From Eubacteriales bacterium (lineage in GTDB: Bacteria > Bacillota > Clostridia > Oscillospirales > CAG-272): a stretch of 64,000 nucleotides of DNA. Of the stretch, positions 39,894 through 49,596 are shown in pieces. A program made the position numbers and the translations under genes. The stretch spans positions 4,776 to 68,775 of the forward strand of contig JBGVRO010000062.1 of assembly GCA_045128515.1 (NCBI GenBank). Direction: 5' to 3'. Positions within the stretch are counted from its first letter, which is position 1; the number at the start of each line of letters is the position of its first letter. The notes beneath the pieces were generated by a model. That model was not told the origin of the DNA and searched no databases. It worked only from the letters and a program-made list of their open reading frames with translations.

Positions 39894-42116
39894 TTACTCT
39901 TCCATCGCTCTCTTTTTGATGATCTTAAATCCGTTCTTTGAGAGCAGCCAATAAGCATCGTCGAGGAGCTGATAATCATACTTGATAACGTCGTTTTCCG
40001 CTTCGGAATTACCGTCACGGGCGGTGAGCATCTGTCTATATTCCACAAGTCCGTCAAAGGTGGTAAGATTTCCGTGTCGTCTGACAGAATAGTTTCTTCC
40101 GTTGGAATGCTTAAGCTTACCATCGACAACGATCTTCTCATTCATGATCTGGTCACAGCTTGAAGGAATCATTCCTCGGCTTATCATAAAGGAGTTCCAA
40201 CGCTGATGCTCGTGGATAGCCATATTTCTGCGGCGCGAGCTCTTAAACTTAAGTCCGTACTGCAGGATGCGTTTGCCGTTTATAGCAAATGAATAGCCGG
40301 CGTCTACGGGCATATCGTCGGAAGCATATATTTTAAGATATTCCGCCTCACCGATCTCGGGGATACCTTCGTTACCCTTCACAGGACAGTAATCAAGTCC
40401 CATAAGATTAAGCTTTGAACGAAGGCTCAGACAAGCGTAAAGGCTGGAATCCCTCTCCATCTGGGACTTTTCCTTATACCACTTTTCATAGGATTCCTCA
40501 TAGCTTTCAACAAAGTAAGCCTCGTTGATTTTTGACTTATCCTTCTCGTGAGTAACCTTGTACTCAAGATCATAGGTTTCGTTACGCATCTGCGCCATCT
40601 TGTAAAGCTTGCTTCTGGTGATCTTTTCAATATCGTAAATGCAATCGTTCTCGTTGCCTATGAAATAACAGCCCTTTTCCTCAAGGAGAGTCTGCTCCTT
40701 ATGCCATTTTCTGACCTTAACGAATATCGCGAGATTATGAAGATCCCATTCCTTGCGCTTTTCAACAAGCTTCTGCGCCATATCAAGGTTCTCAAGATCG
40801 CTGCCGAAGGCGATTATGATGAAATTGGCATCGAGAGGATTCCTTGACACAATACCGCGGATCTCATTATAGAAATCCTTGCTGTTTATATCAAGAAGGA
40901 ATGGATATTCCTCTGCAGGAAGGCTGGGCAAAGGAAGATAGGGATTATCCTTGCTACGAGGATCTATTCCGCTACACTCGTGCTTGAAGCGGTAGTAGCT
41001 GTGGTTAAGATTCTTGTTGTTCTCAGCAGGGTCCTTATCAAAGATGAAATACTTTACGGGCTTAAGCACGGGGTCGCCCTCGCCCTTTGTAAGGAACTGA
41101 TTATTCGCAACAGAGGTAAGGAATATCTGCTGATTGGTTTTGCCAAAGCCGATAAGACAAACGTTAATATCCACACCGTCCTTAACGAGGGAGCTATTGT
41201 AATCCACCTGCTTTTCATTCATGAATTTAGCAAAGGGATAACGGTCTACGAAATCAACGGCGATCTTCTGATATTTATTCACATAGTGAATACAGCCATA
41301 GCCGCTTGATATAATGTCCTCATAAATAGCCTGGTATCTGGGATCTCCGAATACGAATACCTTAAGACAGAGAAACAGCTTATTCTTCGTATTTTCGTCT
41401 GCCGCCTCGATCTCGTCGATCACGGCGGTGCAAAGCTGAATATTTTTCTCCTCGTCACCGGTATTGATAATATAGATCTGTTCCTTATCAAGATCGATCT
41501 TCTTTTCGTGCAGAAGAAGATCTCTCAGCTGGCCTTCAGGATTTTCGGTCGAAATATATGGTATGCGATTCAGATAGAACCTGTCGCCGTCCTCATCGGA
41601 AATGTTATCAATAATAAACTTGCTTCTCTTTTTGTCGCTGTTATAAATGGCTATGCTCTGAGGATTGTTGCCGAAGATATAAAGCTTATCCTCTGTGGTG
41701 TCGAAGGCTATTTTCTTCTGATTTTTCACCCAGATGCGCTGAATAAAGAGAGAGAAGGTGAATATCGCGGCTGTTACGCCAATAAGGAGATATGCTCCGT
41801 ATACCGTCCATTCATACAACGGATTAACGCGCATCAGACCCTCCATATCCTTAAAATCATATTTAAGCACCACAAGGTTTATCATTCTGTTAACGGAAAG
41901 ATAAATCGAACCCATAACGCCCTTGCCTGCATATATATGTCCCATCATAACAAGGAAGAACGTGGTGATATAAACAGCCAAGTACTTGATCTTTTTAAAT
42001 TCCTTGAGATAGTTGATCATCTCCTTTGGACTCTTATTAACGAGGCCTCTGCAGAAATAAAATATTTCAACCAGATATGCAACTATAAATAATGCTGTCA
42101 GAATATAGTAAATCAA
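39894..42116 (-). CDS. large membrane protein with cytoplasmic Rossmann-like and RyR-like regions (function unknown)
   Basis: About 4 N-terminal hydrophobic helices. VCLIGFGKTNQQIF is a Rossmann-like turn. The C-terminus NMAIHEHQRWNSFMISRGM resembles the bacterial RyR-domain pattern aIHe.w... Confidence 0.4.
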   Translation of the reverse strand: MIYYILTALFIVAYLVEIFYFCRGLVNKSPKEMINYLKEFKKIKYLAVYITTFFLVMMGHIYAGKGVMGSIYLSVNRMINLVVLKYDFKDMEGLMRVNPLYEWTVYGAYLLIGVTAAIFTFSLFIQRIWVKNQKKIAFDTTEDKLYIFGNNPQSIAIYNSDKKRSKFIIDNISDEDGDRFYLNRIPYISTENPEGQLRDLLLHEKKIDLDKEQIYIINTGDEEKNIQLCTAVIDEIEAADENTKNKLFLCLKVFVFGDPRYQAIYEDIISSGYGCIHYVNKYQKIAVDFVDRYPFAKFMNEKQVDYNSSLVKDGVDINVCLIGFGKTNQQIFLTSVANNQFLTKGEGDPVLKPVKYFIFDKDPAENNKNLNHSYYRFKHECSGIDPRSKDNPYLPLPSLPAEEYPFLLDINSKDFYNEIRGIVSRNPLDANFIIIAFGSDLENLDMAQKLVEKRKEWDLHNLAIFVKVRKWHKEQTLLEEKGCYFIGNENDCIYDIEKITRSKLYKMAQMRNETYDLEYKVTHEKDKSKINEAYFVESYEESYEKWYKEKSQMERDSSLYACLSLRSKLNLMGLDYCPVKGNEGIPEIGEAEYLKIYASDDMPVDAGYSFAINGKRILQYGLKFKSSRRRNMAIHEHQRWNSFMISRGMIPSSCDQIMNEKIVVDGKLKHSNGRNYSVRRHGNLTTFDGLVEYRQMLTARDGNSEAENDVIKYDYQLLDDAYWLLSKNGFKIIKKRAMEE

Positions 42117-42117
42117 T

Positions 42118-42690
42118 TTATTTTTCCTCCTCCGAGATTATTTTTTTGCCGTCGGAAAACGCCCGACCAACCTTCTCGCCAAAGCTCCAATAAGCGTGAC
42201 TGACACTGTCGTAAATAATTGGATCAAGCTTTTTTGCATCGACCCTGCCGTTTTCATCAAGAACGCCTTCGTCTGCCGAAACGTTTACTATCTCACCGAT
42301 GCAGATGCCGTCCTCGTTGAATTTAAGCAGCTTACATTCAACGGTCATGGGAAGCTCGTCGATTATGGGAGCATTCACAAGGTCGCTTTTTGTAGCATGG
42401 AAGCCTGCTTTGTCAAATTTGTCAGGGCAGTCATTTGCAGACACGATACCTACGTAATCGGCTGCTGTTACCGTAGAGGTGGTAGCAAAGCTTATAGTAA
42501 ACGCGCCGCTTTTCTTTATATTGTCGGTGGTCTTATGATCGTCTGCAAGACAGACCATGACAAGGTTGGTGTCATATATGCCTCCCCACGCAGCATTCAT
42601 CGCATTGGGAACGCCGTTTTCGTCATAGCTACCTACGATAAGCACAGGCATGGGATAAAGCCAGGTTTTTGCTCCAAAATTCTTACGCAT
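42118..42690 (-). CDS. flavin reductase-like (FMN-binding split-barrel) protein
   Basis: The pattern PMPVLIVGSYDENGVPNAMNAAWGG... is typical of the flavin reductase family. 190 aa. Confidence 0.7.
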   Translation of the reverse strand: MRKNFGAKTWLYPMPVLIVGSYDENGVPNAMNAAWGGIYDTNLVMVCLADDHKTTDNIKKSGAFTISFATTSTVTAADYVGIVSANDCPDKFDKAGFHATKSDLVNAPIIDELPMTVECKLLKFNEDGICIGEIVNVSADEGVLDENGRVDAKKLDPIIYDSVSHAYWSFGEKVGRAFSDGKKIISEEEK

Positions 42691-42767
42691 AATCTACTGT
42701 CCTCTATAAAAAGTATTGCAAATACATTATAGCAAATAGGATCGCTATTTGCAAGAAGAAAACAAAA

Positions 42768-42797
42768 AAAGCTGCTCCATGTTTTCAAAGCAGCTTT
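42768..42797 (-). terminator. terminator after the carboxylesterase gene
   Basis: AAAGCTGC...GCAGCTTT, flanked by an A-run and a T-run. Confidence 0.5.
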
Positions 42798-42821
42798 TTT
42801 CATAGATATAGGCTAACGGAG

Positions 42822-44156
42822 TTATTCTCCGACAGCCTTATTGGTAAACATAATTTTGATAAGTCTGAGAAGCGAAGGGTTCTTCATCTCGGTCTTTCCC
42901 TCGCCAAAATGCATCACCTTTTTGCCATCGTTATATGTGTTCCAAATCGGCTGATTTTCGCCATTAGGATTGCCATTTTTAGCGAAATTGCAAAGATAAG
43001 TTGTCATTTGGTCGGAAATTTCATAATCCTTCTGCTCGAACGGGCGCCATCCATTCTCTAAGGTACCGAACCAATACCACAGATCTGCGCTGTGCCATGC
43101 ACCGCAGTTATCACCGGGGAGCATACGGTCAAAGTGGTAAATATATCTTTGGGGCAAAATTTTCGAGCACCACTTTTTTCCAAGAGAATAGAGAACGGGA
43201 GGTGCCATATCATGACTGTTTGCGCCAATGATATAAGAAATCTGCTTCGGACCTACACCGTCCACAACAAAATGACCGTCCTTAACGGGAGTGGTTGACA
43301 TAACACCGCCCTTGACCTCCCTTTTTGCACTCTGCCATTCGGCAAAGAGCTTTTCGGGTGAAACCTGACGGAACTCATCAAGAGTAGAGCACCCAAGGCG
43401 CTTCATAACCTCCTGCCAGAAGGGATAAACCTTCTCAGGCGTGGACATAAGCATATTGCCCATACCGCATCCGCTGGACATAACAGCGCCGCGAAAGAGA
43501 CCCTCGCTGAGAGGAGACAGGCACTGCTGCTGAACGCTCATAGCACCTGCGCTCTGACCCATAATAGTGACCTTTTCGGGATCACCGCCAAAGGATGCAA
43601 TGTTATCGTGCACCCATTTGATCGCACAAAGCTGATCGTAAAGACCGTAGTTGCCGCAATGACCTGCCTCCTCAGTAAGCTCGGGAAGGCAAAGGAAGCC
43701 CATCGGGCCAAGACGGTAGTTGATAGTTACAGCCACAACACCCTTGGTAGGCCATACAGGATCGTCAAAGTGCTTCTCGTGACCGCATCCACCTGTATAT
43801 CCACCACCGTGAATATATACGATTACAGGTAATTTGCTTATATCCGTAGCATCGTCGGGAGTCCACACGTTAAGGAACAAGCAATCCTCGCTATAAGTAT
43901 AGGTTGCGCCCTTACGGAACTCGTTGTAATAGAAAATCTTCTTAAGGTTTTCTTCTTCGTTGTAAAAGGCTCTGGGCTGATAGGAGCAATGACCGTATTT
44001 TGTCGCGTCATATATTCCCTTCCACTCTGTCACCTGCTTGGGGTATTCCCATCTGCCTGCAGTGGCATAGCGAATTCCCTTAAAGGCTGTTACACCTGTC
44101 AGACGACATGAGGTGCCCTGAATTTCACCGCAAGGTGTCTTAATTATTTTTTCCAT
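42822..44156 (-). CDS. type-B carboxylesterase/lipase-family protein
   Basis: EDCLFLNVWTP, VYIHGGGYTGG oxyanion region and the nucleophile elbow GQSAGA. Confidence 0.8.
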   Translation of the reverse strand: MEKIIKTPCGEIQGTSCRLTGVTAFKGIRYATAGRWEYPKQVTEWKGIYDATKYGHCSYQPRAFYNEEENLKKIFYYNEFRKGATYTYSEDCLFLNVWTPDDATDISKLPVIVYIHGGGYTGGCGHEKHFDDPVWPTKGVVAVTINYRLGPMGFLCLPELTEEAGHCGNYGLYDQLCAIKWVHDNIASFGGDPEKVTIMGQSAGAMSVQQQCLSPLSEGLFRGAVMSSGCGMGNMLMSTPEKVYPFWQEVMKRLGCSTLDEFRQVSPEKLFAEWQSAKREVKGGVMSTTPVKDGHFVVDGVGPKQISYIIGANSHDMAPPVLYSLGKKWCSKILPQRYIYHFDRMLPGDNCGAWHSADLWYWFGTLENGWRPFEQKDYEISDQMTTYLCNFAKNGNPNGENQPIWNTYNDGKKVMHFGEGKTEMKNPSLLRLIKIMFTNKAVGE

Positions 44157-44211
44157 ATTTATGACCCATCTTTCATAAAAGATTTTTGGTCGGTAGATCT
44201 ACCGTTTTTAA

Positions 44212-45609
44212 TTACTCCTCGATCGCGGGAGCTTCTTCCTTGCTTGCAGCCTTAAATGCTGCCATTTTTTCGCGAATCTCGGGAGTGATATTCCAAACGA
44301 ACTTAAATGCCGCCCAAGAGCCGAGAATGAAGAGTGCGGGAGCAAGAACGCAAAGGATCTTGAAGCCGAATACAGTTGCATCACCCTGCACCTCAAGCTT
44401 AGGGTTATATCCGATCCAATCAAGCGCAAAGAAGCTGAAGCCAAGACCGACGGTCTGACCGATTCGACGGGCAAGGTTGAAGGTTCCGTAAATAGATCCC
44501 TCGGTACGCTTGCCTGTAAGATACTCGTTGTAGTCGATAGCCTCACCTACAAGGCCCCACTGCATCTGAATGGAAACCATAGCCATACCCGAGCCTGTAC
44601 CGAGAATAACACCGTGAACGAGAGGATTTACATCCATAAAGAGATGCATTACGAAGAGAAGTCCGCAGATAGCACCGCCCACAAGAAGAGTGTAACGGAT
44701 AATCTTTTCAAGACCGAACTTCTTACACAGGAAGGGAACGCCAACCATCGCGCCTACCATAAAGGGTGCGGAAAGCACGGAAGCAATGGTCTTATATGTA
44801 ACGTCATTGTAAACTGCATCATACATATACATACTGATATTTTCTGCAAGATACTGCATAGTACAGATGCATACGCCGTGGATACAAAGAGCAATAAATG
44901 CGCGGTTCTTCTTAACTACGTCAAGAATGTCGGTAAGCTTAATATCATCAGCCTTGGTTTCCTCGTTAACGATCTGACGCTCCTCTGTAAGAGCATAATG
45001 AAGCAGACAAACTACGAAGCCACCGATAGCACAAGCAACACCTGTGATCATATAGCCTGCGGAATTGGTATCGCCAAACATACCGATGATAACAGGACCG
45101 ATCATACCGGGGATCATATTACCGAACATAGATCCAACACCTCTTGCAGATGAGAGAGACGCACGCTCGGTGTCGTTGGTAGACATAGCGGAGAGAAGCG
45201 AGCCCATGGGAATATTGAACATCGTGTAGGACGCCTCGTAAAGGATCTTGAAGGAGAAGAGTGCTACGAGCAGAGGAATTCCGTCAAGAAGAGTGGGCAC
45301 TGTCCAAAGTGCTATCGCAGTAACAGCAAGGAGAGGAGTTGCGCGGAGAAGCCAAGGACGGAATTTACCTCTCTTGTTCTTATTGCGTGCAAACGCCTTA
45401 TCCATAATTGCACCCATAATGGGGTCGTTAATTGCGTCCCAAATGGTCCAGATAATAGTAAGCACACCCATTACGCTTGCCTTTACTCCAAGTACGTTGG
45501 TACAGTACATAGAGAATATGCTTGCCATAAGTGCGAAGGTCATACAGCCACCGAAGTCACCGAACATATAGCCAAGCCAATGCTTGGTAGTAAGGCCACC
45601 CTTAGCCAC
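44212..45609 (-). CDS. GPH-family glycoside/pentoside/hexuronide:cation symporter (MelB-like MFS)
   Basis: 12-TM profile. N-terminus WLGYMFGDFGG and the DAINDPIMG motif characteristic of GPH transporters. Confidence 0.75.
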   Translation of the reverse strand: MAKGGLTTKHWLGYMFGDFGGCMTFALMASIFSMYCTNVLGVKASVMGVLTIIWTIWDAINDPIMGAIMDKAFARNKNKRGKFRPWLLRATPLLAVTAIALWTVPTLLDGIPLLVALFSFKILYEASYTMFNIPMGSLLSAMSTNDTERASLSSARGVGSMFGNMIPGMIGPVIIGMFGDTNSAGYMITGVACAIGGFVVCLLHYALTEERQIVNEETKADDIKLTDILDVVKKNRAFIALCIHGVCICTMQYLAENISMYMYDAVYNDVTYKTIASVLSAPFMVGAMVGVPFLCKKFGLEKIIRYTLLVGGAICGLLFVMHLFMDVNPLVHGVILGTGSGMAMVSIQMQWGLVGEAIDYNEYLTGKRTEGSIYGTFNLARRIGQTVGLGFSFFALDWIGYNPKLEVQGDATVFGFKILCVLAPALFILGSWAAFKFVWNITPEIREKMAAFKAASKEEAPAIEE

Positions 45610-45662
45610 TTTGTTTTTAGTCTTAAGTATAATATTTCGCCTTTCTTTATTCTTGCTTAATA

Positions 45663-45691
45663 ATTATATCACACTAATATCCATTTGTCAA
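45663..45691 (-). promoter_or_regulatory. consensus sigma-A promoter for the GPH transporter gene
   Basis: On the minus strand: TTGACA (45686..45691), 17 nt, TATAAT (45663..45668). Confidence 0.65.
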
Positions 45692-45703
45692 ATTAAATAA
45701 AAA

Positions 45704-45729
45704 GGTCGGATGCCGTAAGACATCCGACC
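45704..45729 (-). terminator. rho-independent terminator after the sugar ABC ATPase gene
   Basis: GGTCGGATG-loop-CATCCGACC, followed on the minus strand by TTTTTATTT. Confidence 0.75.
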
Positions 45730-45743
45730 AAAATACGTATTGA

Positions 45744-46868
45744 TTATACGAGAAGGTTGGTCTGGCTTTCTTCATCGAAGAAGTGCATAACCTTACCCTC
45801 GAAGGTAACGTAAATAGTTGTTCCCTGAACGAGGGACTTTCTCTGCTCATCGGTAAGAGAAACGGTGGGAATACGAACGATAAGCTTATCACCGTTGTTA
45901 GTAACAACGTGAAGATGAAGCTCGCTACCCATCATCTCGTTAACGAGAATGTCGCAGGAAATAGCATCCTTGTCACCTGCATTAGCAAGAACAAAGTGCT
46001 CGGGACGAACGCCGAGAATAACCTCTCTGGATCCAACACCCTTTGCTTTAAGAGCAGGTGCCTTATCACCGGTAACCTCGATCTTAGCGCCGTAGGGAGT
46101 TACGTAATACTTGCCGCCCTCGCAAACGAGGTTGGTCTTGAAGGTATTCATCTTGGGAGCGCCGATGAACTCTGCAACGAAGAGGTTACAGGGCATATCG
46201 AATACCTCAGTAGGAGTACCTACCTGCTGGATGATACCGTCCTTCATAATAACGATACGGTCACCAAGAGTCATAGCCTCGGTCTGGTCGTGAGTAACGT
46301 AGATGAAGGTGGTGTCGATCTTCTTACGGAGAAGAATGATCTCTGCTCTCATCTGGTTACGAAGCTTGGCATCAAGGTTGGAAAGAGGTTCGTCCATAAG
46401 GAATACCTTGGAATCACGAACCATCGCACGTCCGATAGCAACTCTCTGACGCTGACCGCCGGAAAGAGCTCTGGGCTTTCTGGTAAGATACTCGGTAATG
46501 CCGAGGATCTCAGCCGCCTCGGTAACCTTCTTATAAACCTCATCCTGAGGAACCTTCTTAAGACGAAGGGAGAACGCCATGTTCTCAAATACGGTGAGGT
46601 GAGGATAAAGCGCATAGTTCTGGAATACCATGGCGATATCTCTGTCACGGGGCTGAAGATCGTTTACAACAACACCGTCAATCTCAACTGTACCGCCGGA
46701 AATATCCTCGAGACCTGCGATCATACGGAGAGTGGTAGACTTACCGCATCCCGAAGGACCTACGAAAACGATGAATTCCTTATCAGCGATATCAAGGTTG
46801 AAGTTATCAACCGCAAGAGTGTTCTTGCCGTATATTTTCTTTACATTAGTTAATTTTACACTAGCCAT
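45744..46868 (-). CDS. sugar ABC transporter ATP-binding protein (MalK/MsmK/UgpC type)
   Basis: Walker A GPSGCGKST, LSGGQRQRVAIGRA, Walker B FLMDEPLSNLD, and a C-terminal regulatory TOBE-like domain. Confidence 0.9.
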   Translation of the reverse strand: MASVKLTNVKKIYGKNTLAVDNFNLDIADKEFIVFVGPSGCGKSTTLRMIAGLEDISGGTVEIDGVVVNDLQPRDRDIAMVFQNYALYPHLTVFENMAFSLRLKKVPQDEVYKKVTEAAEILGITEYLTRKPRALSGGQRQRVAIGRAMVRDSKVFLMDEPLSNLDAKLRNQMRAEIILLRKKIDTTFIYVTHDQTEAMTLGDRIVIMKDGIIQQVGTPTEVFDMPCNLFVAEFIGAPKMNTFKTNLVCEGGKYYVTPYGAKIEVTGDKAPALKAKGVGSREVILGVRPEHFVLANAGDKDAISCDILVNEMMGSELHLHVVTNNGDKLIVRIPTVSLTDEQRKSLVQGTTIYVTFEGKVMHFFDEESQTNLLV

Positions 46869-46880
46869 TATTTATTCTCC

Positions 46881-47765
46881 TTATCCTTTTACTGCACCAC
46901 CGGTAACACCCTCAACGTAGTATTTCTGCAATGCAAGGAATACCGCGGTAACGGGAACTGAAACTGTAACACCTGCTGCACAGAATCTTGTATACATTTC
47001 GCTGGGGTTTGAAGCCTGAAGCCATCCCCACATACCAACCGCTACGTTCTTACCAAGATCATCTCCTGCAGCCAAGAATCTTGCGAGCATGAAGTCACCC
47101 CAGGGTGCCATAAAGCCCATAAGAATGGTGTAGATGATAATAGGCTTGGAAAGAGGCATAATAACCTTGTAGAATACCTGCCAACGGGTTGCACCGTCAA
47201 TTCGTGCAGCCTCGTCAAGGCTCTTGGAAATAGTATCAAAGAAGCCCTTGGATACGTAGTATCCCATACCTGAGGATGCGCAATAAACGATGATCAGTCC
47301 GACGGGTGCGTTAGAATGTGTAATTCCCAAATCTCCGAATACCTTATAAATAAGAATCATGGTAAGGAAGCCGGGGAACATACCAAGGATAAGCATGAAG
47401 TTCATAAGAAGCTTTCTGCCCTTGAATCTAAGACGTGAAAGCGTATAGGACATTGACAGAACGAAGAAGGTCTGCAAAACCGCGGTAGCTACACCCATCA
47501 GAAGGGTGTTACCGAACCAAGTGGGGAAATTAGTCTTAGTAAAGAGATAAACGTAATTTCCAATACCCCATTCCTTAGGTAACATATAGTCAACACGTCC
47601 TGTGCTCTCCATTCTGAGAGACTCGAAAACGATACCGAAATAAGGGAATATCCAAATAAAGGTCATGCAGATAAGCACTATGTAAACAAGTGTGTTGGAT
47701 ATAGTTCTGCTCGCCCTTGCGCCAAGGCCGGACTTTTTAATAGAAGACGTATTATTCTTTTTCAT
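46881..47765 (-). CDS. sugar ABC permease (MalG-like)
   Basis: 6-TM profile and the EAA loop DEAARIDGATRWQVFYKVIMP. Confidence 0.85.
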   Translation of the reverse strand: MKKNNTSSIKKSGLGARASRTISNTLVYIVLICMTFIWIFPYFGIVFESLRMESTGRVDYMLPKEWGIGNYVYLFTKTNFPTWFGNTLLMGVATAVLQTFFVLSMSYTLSRLRFKGRKLLMNFMLILGMFPGFLTMILIYKVFGDLGITHSNAPVGLIIVYCASSGMGYYVSKGFFDTISKSLDEAARIDGATRWQVFYKVIMPLSKPIIIYTILMGFMAPWGDFMLARFLAAGDDLGKNVAVGMWGWLQASNPSEMYTRFCAAGVTVSVPVTAVFLALQKYYVEGVTGGAVKG

Positions 47766-49417
47766 TAGCCAAAGTCCTCCTCATTCTTAGTAGACGGAAT
47801 TGCGTTATAGACGATAAGCGAAAGCACTGCAACAACAACAAATATAAGAATACCGAGCGCCGATGCAAGATAGTATCTCGCGCCCGAACCACTACCCGTA
47901 CTCAACTTAAAGAGCCATGTGATAAGCAGGTCGGTATGACCGGGCACCAAGCCCTCAAGGCTTGGGATATTCATACCCGGTATAGGCTTTCCACCACCGG
48001 TCAGCAAGTATATAACGTTGAAGTTGTTAAGGTTACCTACAAAGCTGGTAAGAAGGTAGGGACCTGTTACGAAGAGCATATAAGGAAGGGTGATCTTTGT
48101 AAACTGCTGGAAGCCGTTAGCACCGTCGATACAAGCAGACTCGTAAAGATCGGCAGGAATATTCATAAGAATACCTGTAGCCATAAGCATTACGTAAGGA
48201 ATACCTATCCAAATATTAATTACAATAACCATAAGTCTGGAAACCCATTGAATATCCCAAAGAGTATTTGTATTGTTTGCTCTAAGGAAATCTCTAATCG
48301 CAGGAATGTTGTTATATACAAACGATCCGATAAATCCGTTGAAGTCAAACATCTTGGAGATATAAAGAAGGGACACGAACTGAGGAATTGCAATGGTCAT
48401 AACCAGAACGGTACGCCAGAATTTCTTCATCTTAATTCCCTTCTTATTGATCATAATAGCAACCAACATACCAAGGAAGTAGTTTGTGAAGGTTGCGCAT
48501 ACAGACCAGATAAGTGTCCATACAAGAAGCTCTCCGAAGGCAACGCCTATGCCGCCCTCACCGAAGTTAAGAAGGTCGGCAAGGTTCTTAAATCCAACCC
48601 ACTCATACAGCTGGCTGGTACCGTTAAGCATACCCTTTGAACCCATAACGTCACTGTAGTTAGTGAAGGCGATAAGGATCATAAAGATCATGGGAAGAAC
48701 GGTGAACATAAGAATACCGAGAAGGGAGGGAGTAAGAAGAGTCTTATGGAACTGATCGTCAAGAAGCGACTTAAGGTCATCCTTGCCGCTCTTGATCTTC
48801 TTACCGCTTGCAGTAATGTCCATACAGATACGGCACTGCTTTACCTGCATTCTCCAAGTGAAGATGAATGCAACGATAAAGATAACTGCGAGAAGCGCGT
48901 TGAAGAGAACTCTGGTAGAGTCCTCACCGGGAAGTGTAACGAATACGTCCAGATCAGGATCGTATACGTTAGCCTGCTGCTGGAAATCACCTACGGTGTT
49001 GCTGTCACCGAGACCGAACCAGTTAACACTCTTAAGCCAGTTTGCACCGCTCTGAATACGGTAGTTAGGCAGCTGTGTAACAGGGTCTACGCTTGTAGGG
49101 ATCGCAAACATATACACGAAGAAGGCAACCTCAAAAAGAAGGAAAAGAATTCCTCGTGCGATCTGACCGTAATAAAGGTTACCGAATCCGAAGATAAGGA
49201 AGGAAAGCTTTACAGCCCAGTTACCCTTAACAAAGGTCATAATGATATCTAAAAATCCATCCTTGATACGGATGGCTGCATCCTTTACGATGGCAAAGAA
49301 TTTAACGAAAAGGCCAACGAACCAACCGGGGATGGCACAGAAAAATTCTTTTGCATCATAAAGAAATCTTTGAAGCTTGTTCAGCTTCAAGTATTCCAAT
49401 GAGTTTAATTTTTTCAT
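47765..49417 (-). CDS. sugar ABC permease (MalF-like, long N-terminal extension)
   Basis: EAA loop YESACIDGANGFQQFTKITLP. 550 aa with extra N-terminal TMs, as in MalF. Confidence 0.85.
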   Translation of the reverse strand: MKKLNSLEYLKLNKLQRFLYDAKEFFCAIPGWFVGLFVKFFAIVKDAAIRIKDGFLDIIMTFVKGNWAVKLSFLIFGFGNLYYGQIARGILFLLFEVAFFVYMFAIPTSVDPVTQLPNYRIQSGANWLKSVNWFGLGDSNTVGDFQQQANVYDPDLDVFVTLPGEDSTRVLFNALLAVIFIVAFIFTWRMQVKQCRICMDITASGKKIKSGKDDLKSLLDDQFHKTLLTPSLLGILMFTVLPMIFMILIAFTNYSDVMGSKGMLNGTSQLYEWVGFKNLADLLNFGEGGIGVAFGELLVWTLIWSVCATFTNYFLGMLVAIMINKKGIKMKKFWRTVLVMTIAIPQFVSLLYISKMFDFNGFIGSFVYNNIPAIRDFLRANNTNTLWDIQWVSRLMVIVINIWIGIPYVMLMATGILMNIPADLYESACIDGANGFQQFTKITLPYMLFVTGPYLLTSFVGNLNNFNVIYLLTGGGKPIPGMNIPSLEGLVPGHTDLLITWLFKLSTGSGSGARYYLASALGILIFVVVAVLSLIVYNAIPSTKNEEDFG

Positions 49418-49461
49418 AAATCAAAATATAAACCGAGTTTATATAACTCCTTTTTATAATG

Positions 49462-49556
49462 AAAGGCATTGTTAGTCGATACACAAGGCATATGTTGTCC
49501 TTGTATGCCGGCTAACAATGCCTTTTTGTCTGTCGGGTGAGCCCGAAGGCCCACCC
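49462..49556 (-). other. two intercistronic stem-loops between binding-protein and permease genes
   Basis: A long hairpin AAAGGCATTGTTAG...CTAACAATGCCTTT (49462..49525, with inner stem ATACAAGG/CCTTGTAT) and GGGTGAGCC-CGAA-GGCCCACCC (49535..49556). No clear U-tract on the coding strand, so they could be a transcript-stabilising or attenuating element. Confidence 0.5.
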
Positions 49557-49596
49557 GAAGAACAATTAGCTATTGAATTTTAATTCACACTAAAAA

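Noticed and set aside
45783-46853. 356-aa + strand ORF antisense to the MalK-like ATPase. Similar long antisense ORFs occur at 37924..38973, 47936..48640, 49630..51180, 56963..57781, 57884..58834, 61345..62139, 62140..62688 and 62769..63545
   Set aside because: Each lies opposite a gene with clear family motifs (Walker/ABC signature, EAA loops, SBP, SNase, lipoprotein). None has motifs or a plausible RBS, as is typical of shadow ORFs in moderately GC-rich coding sequence.
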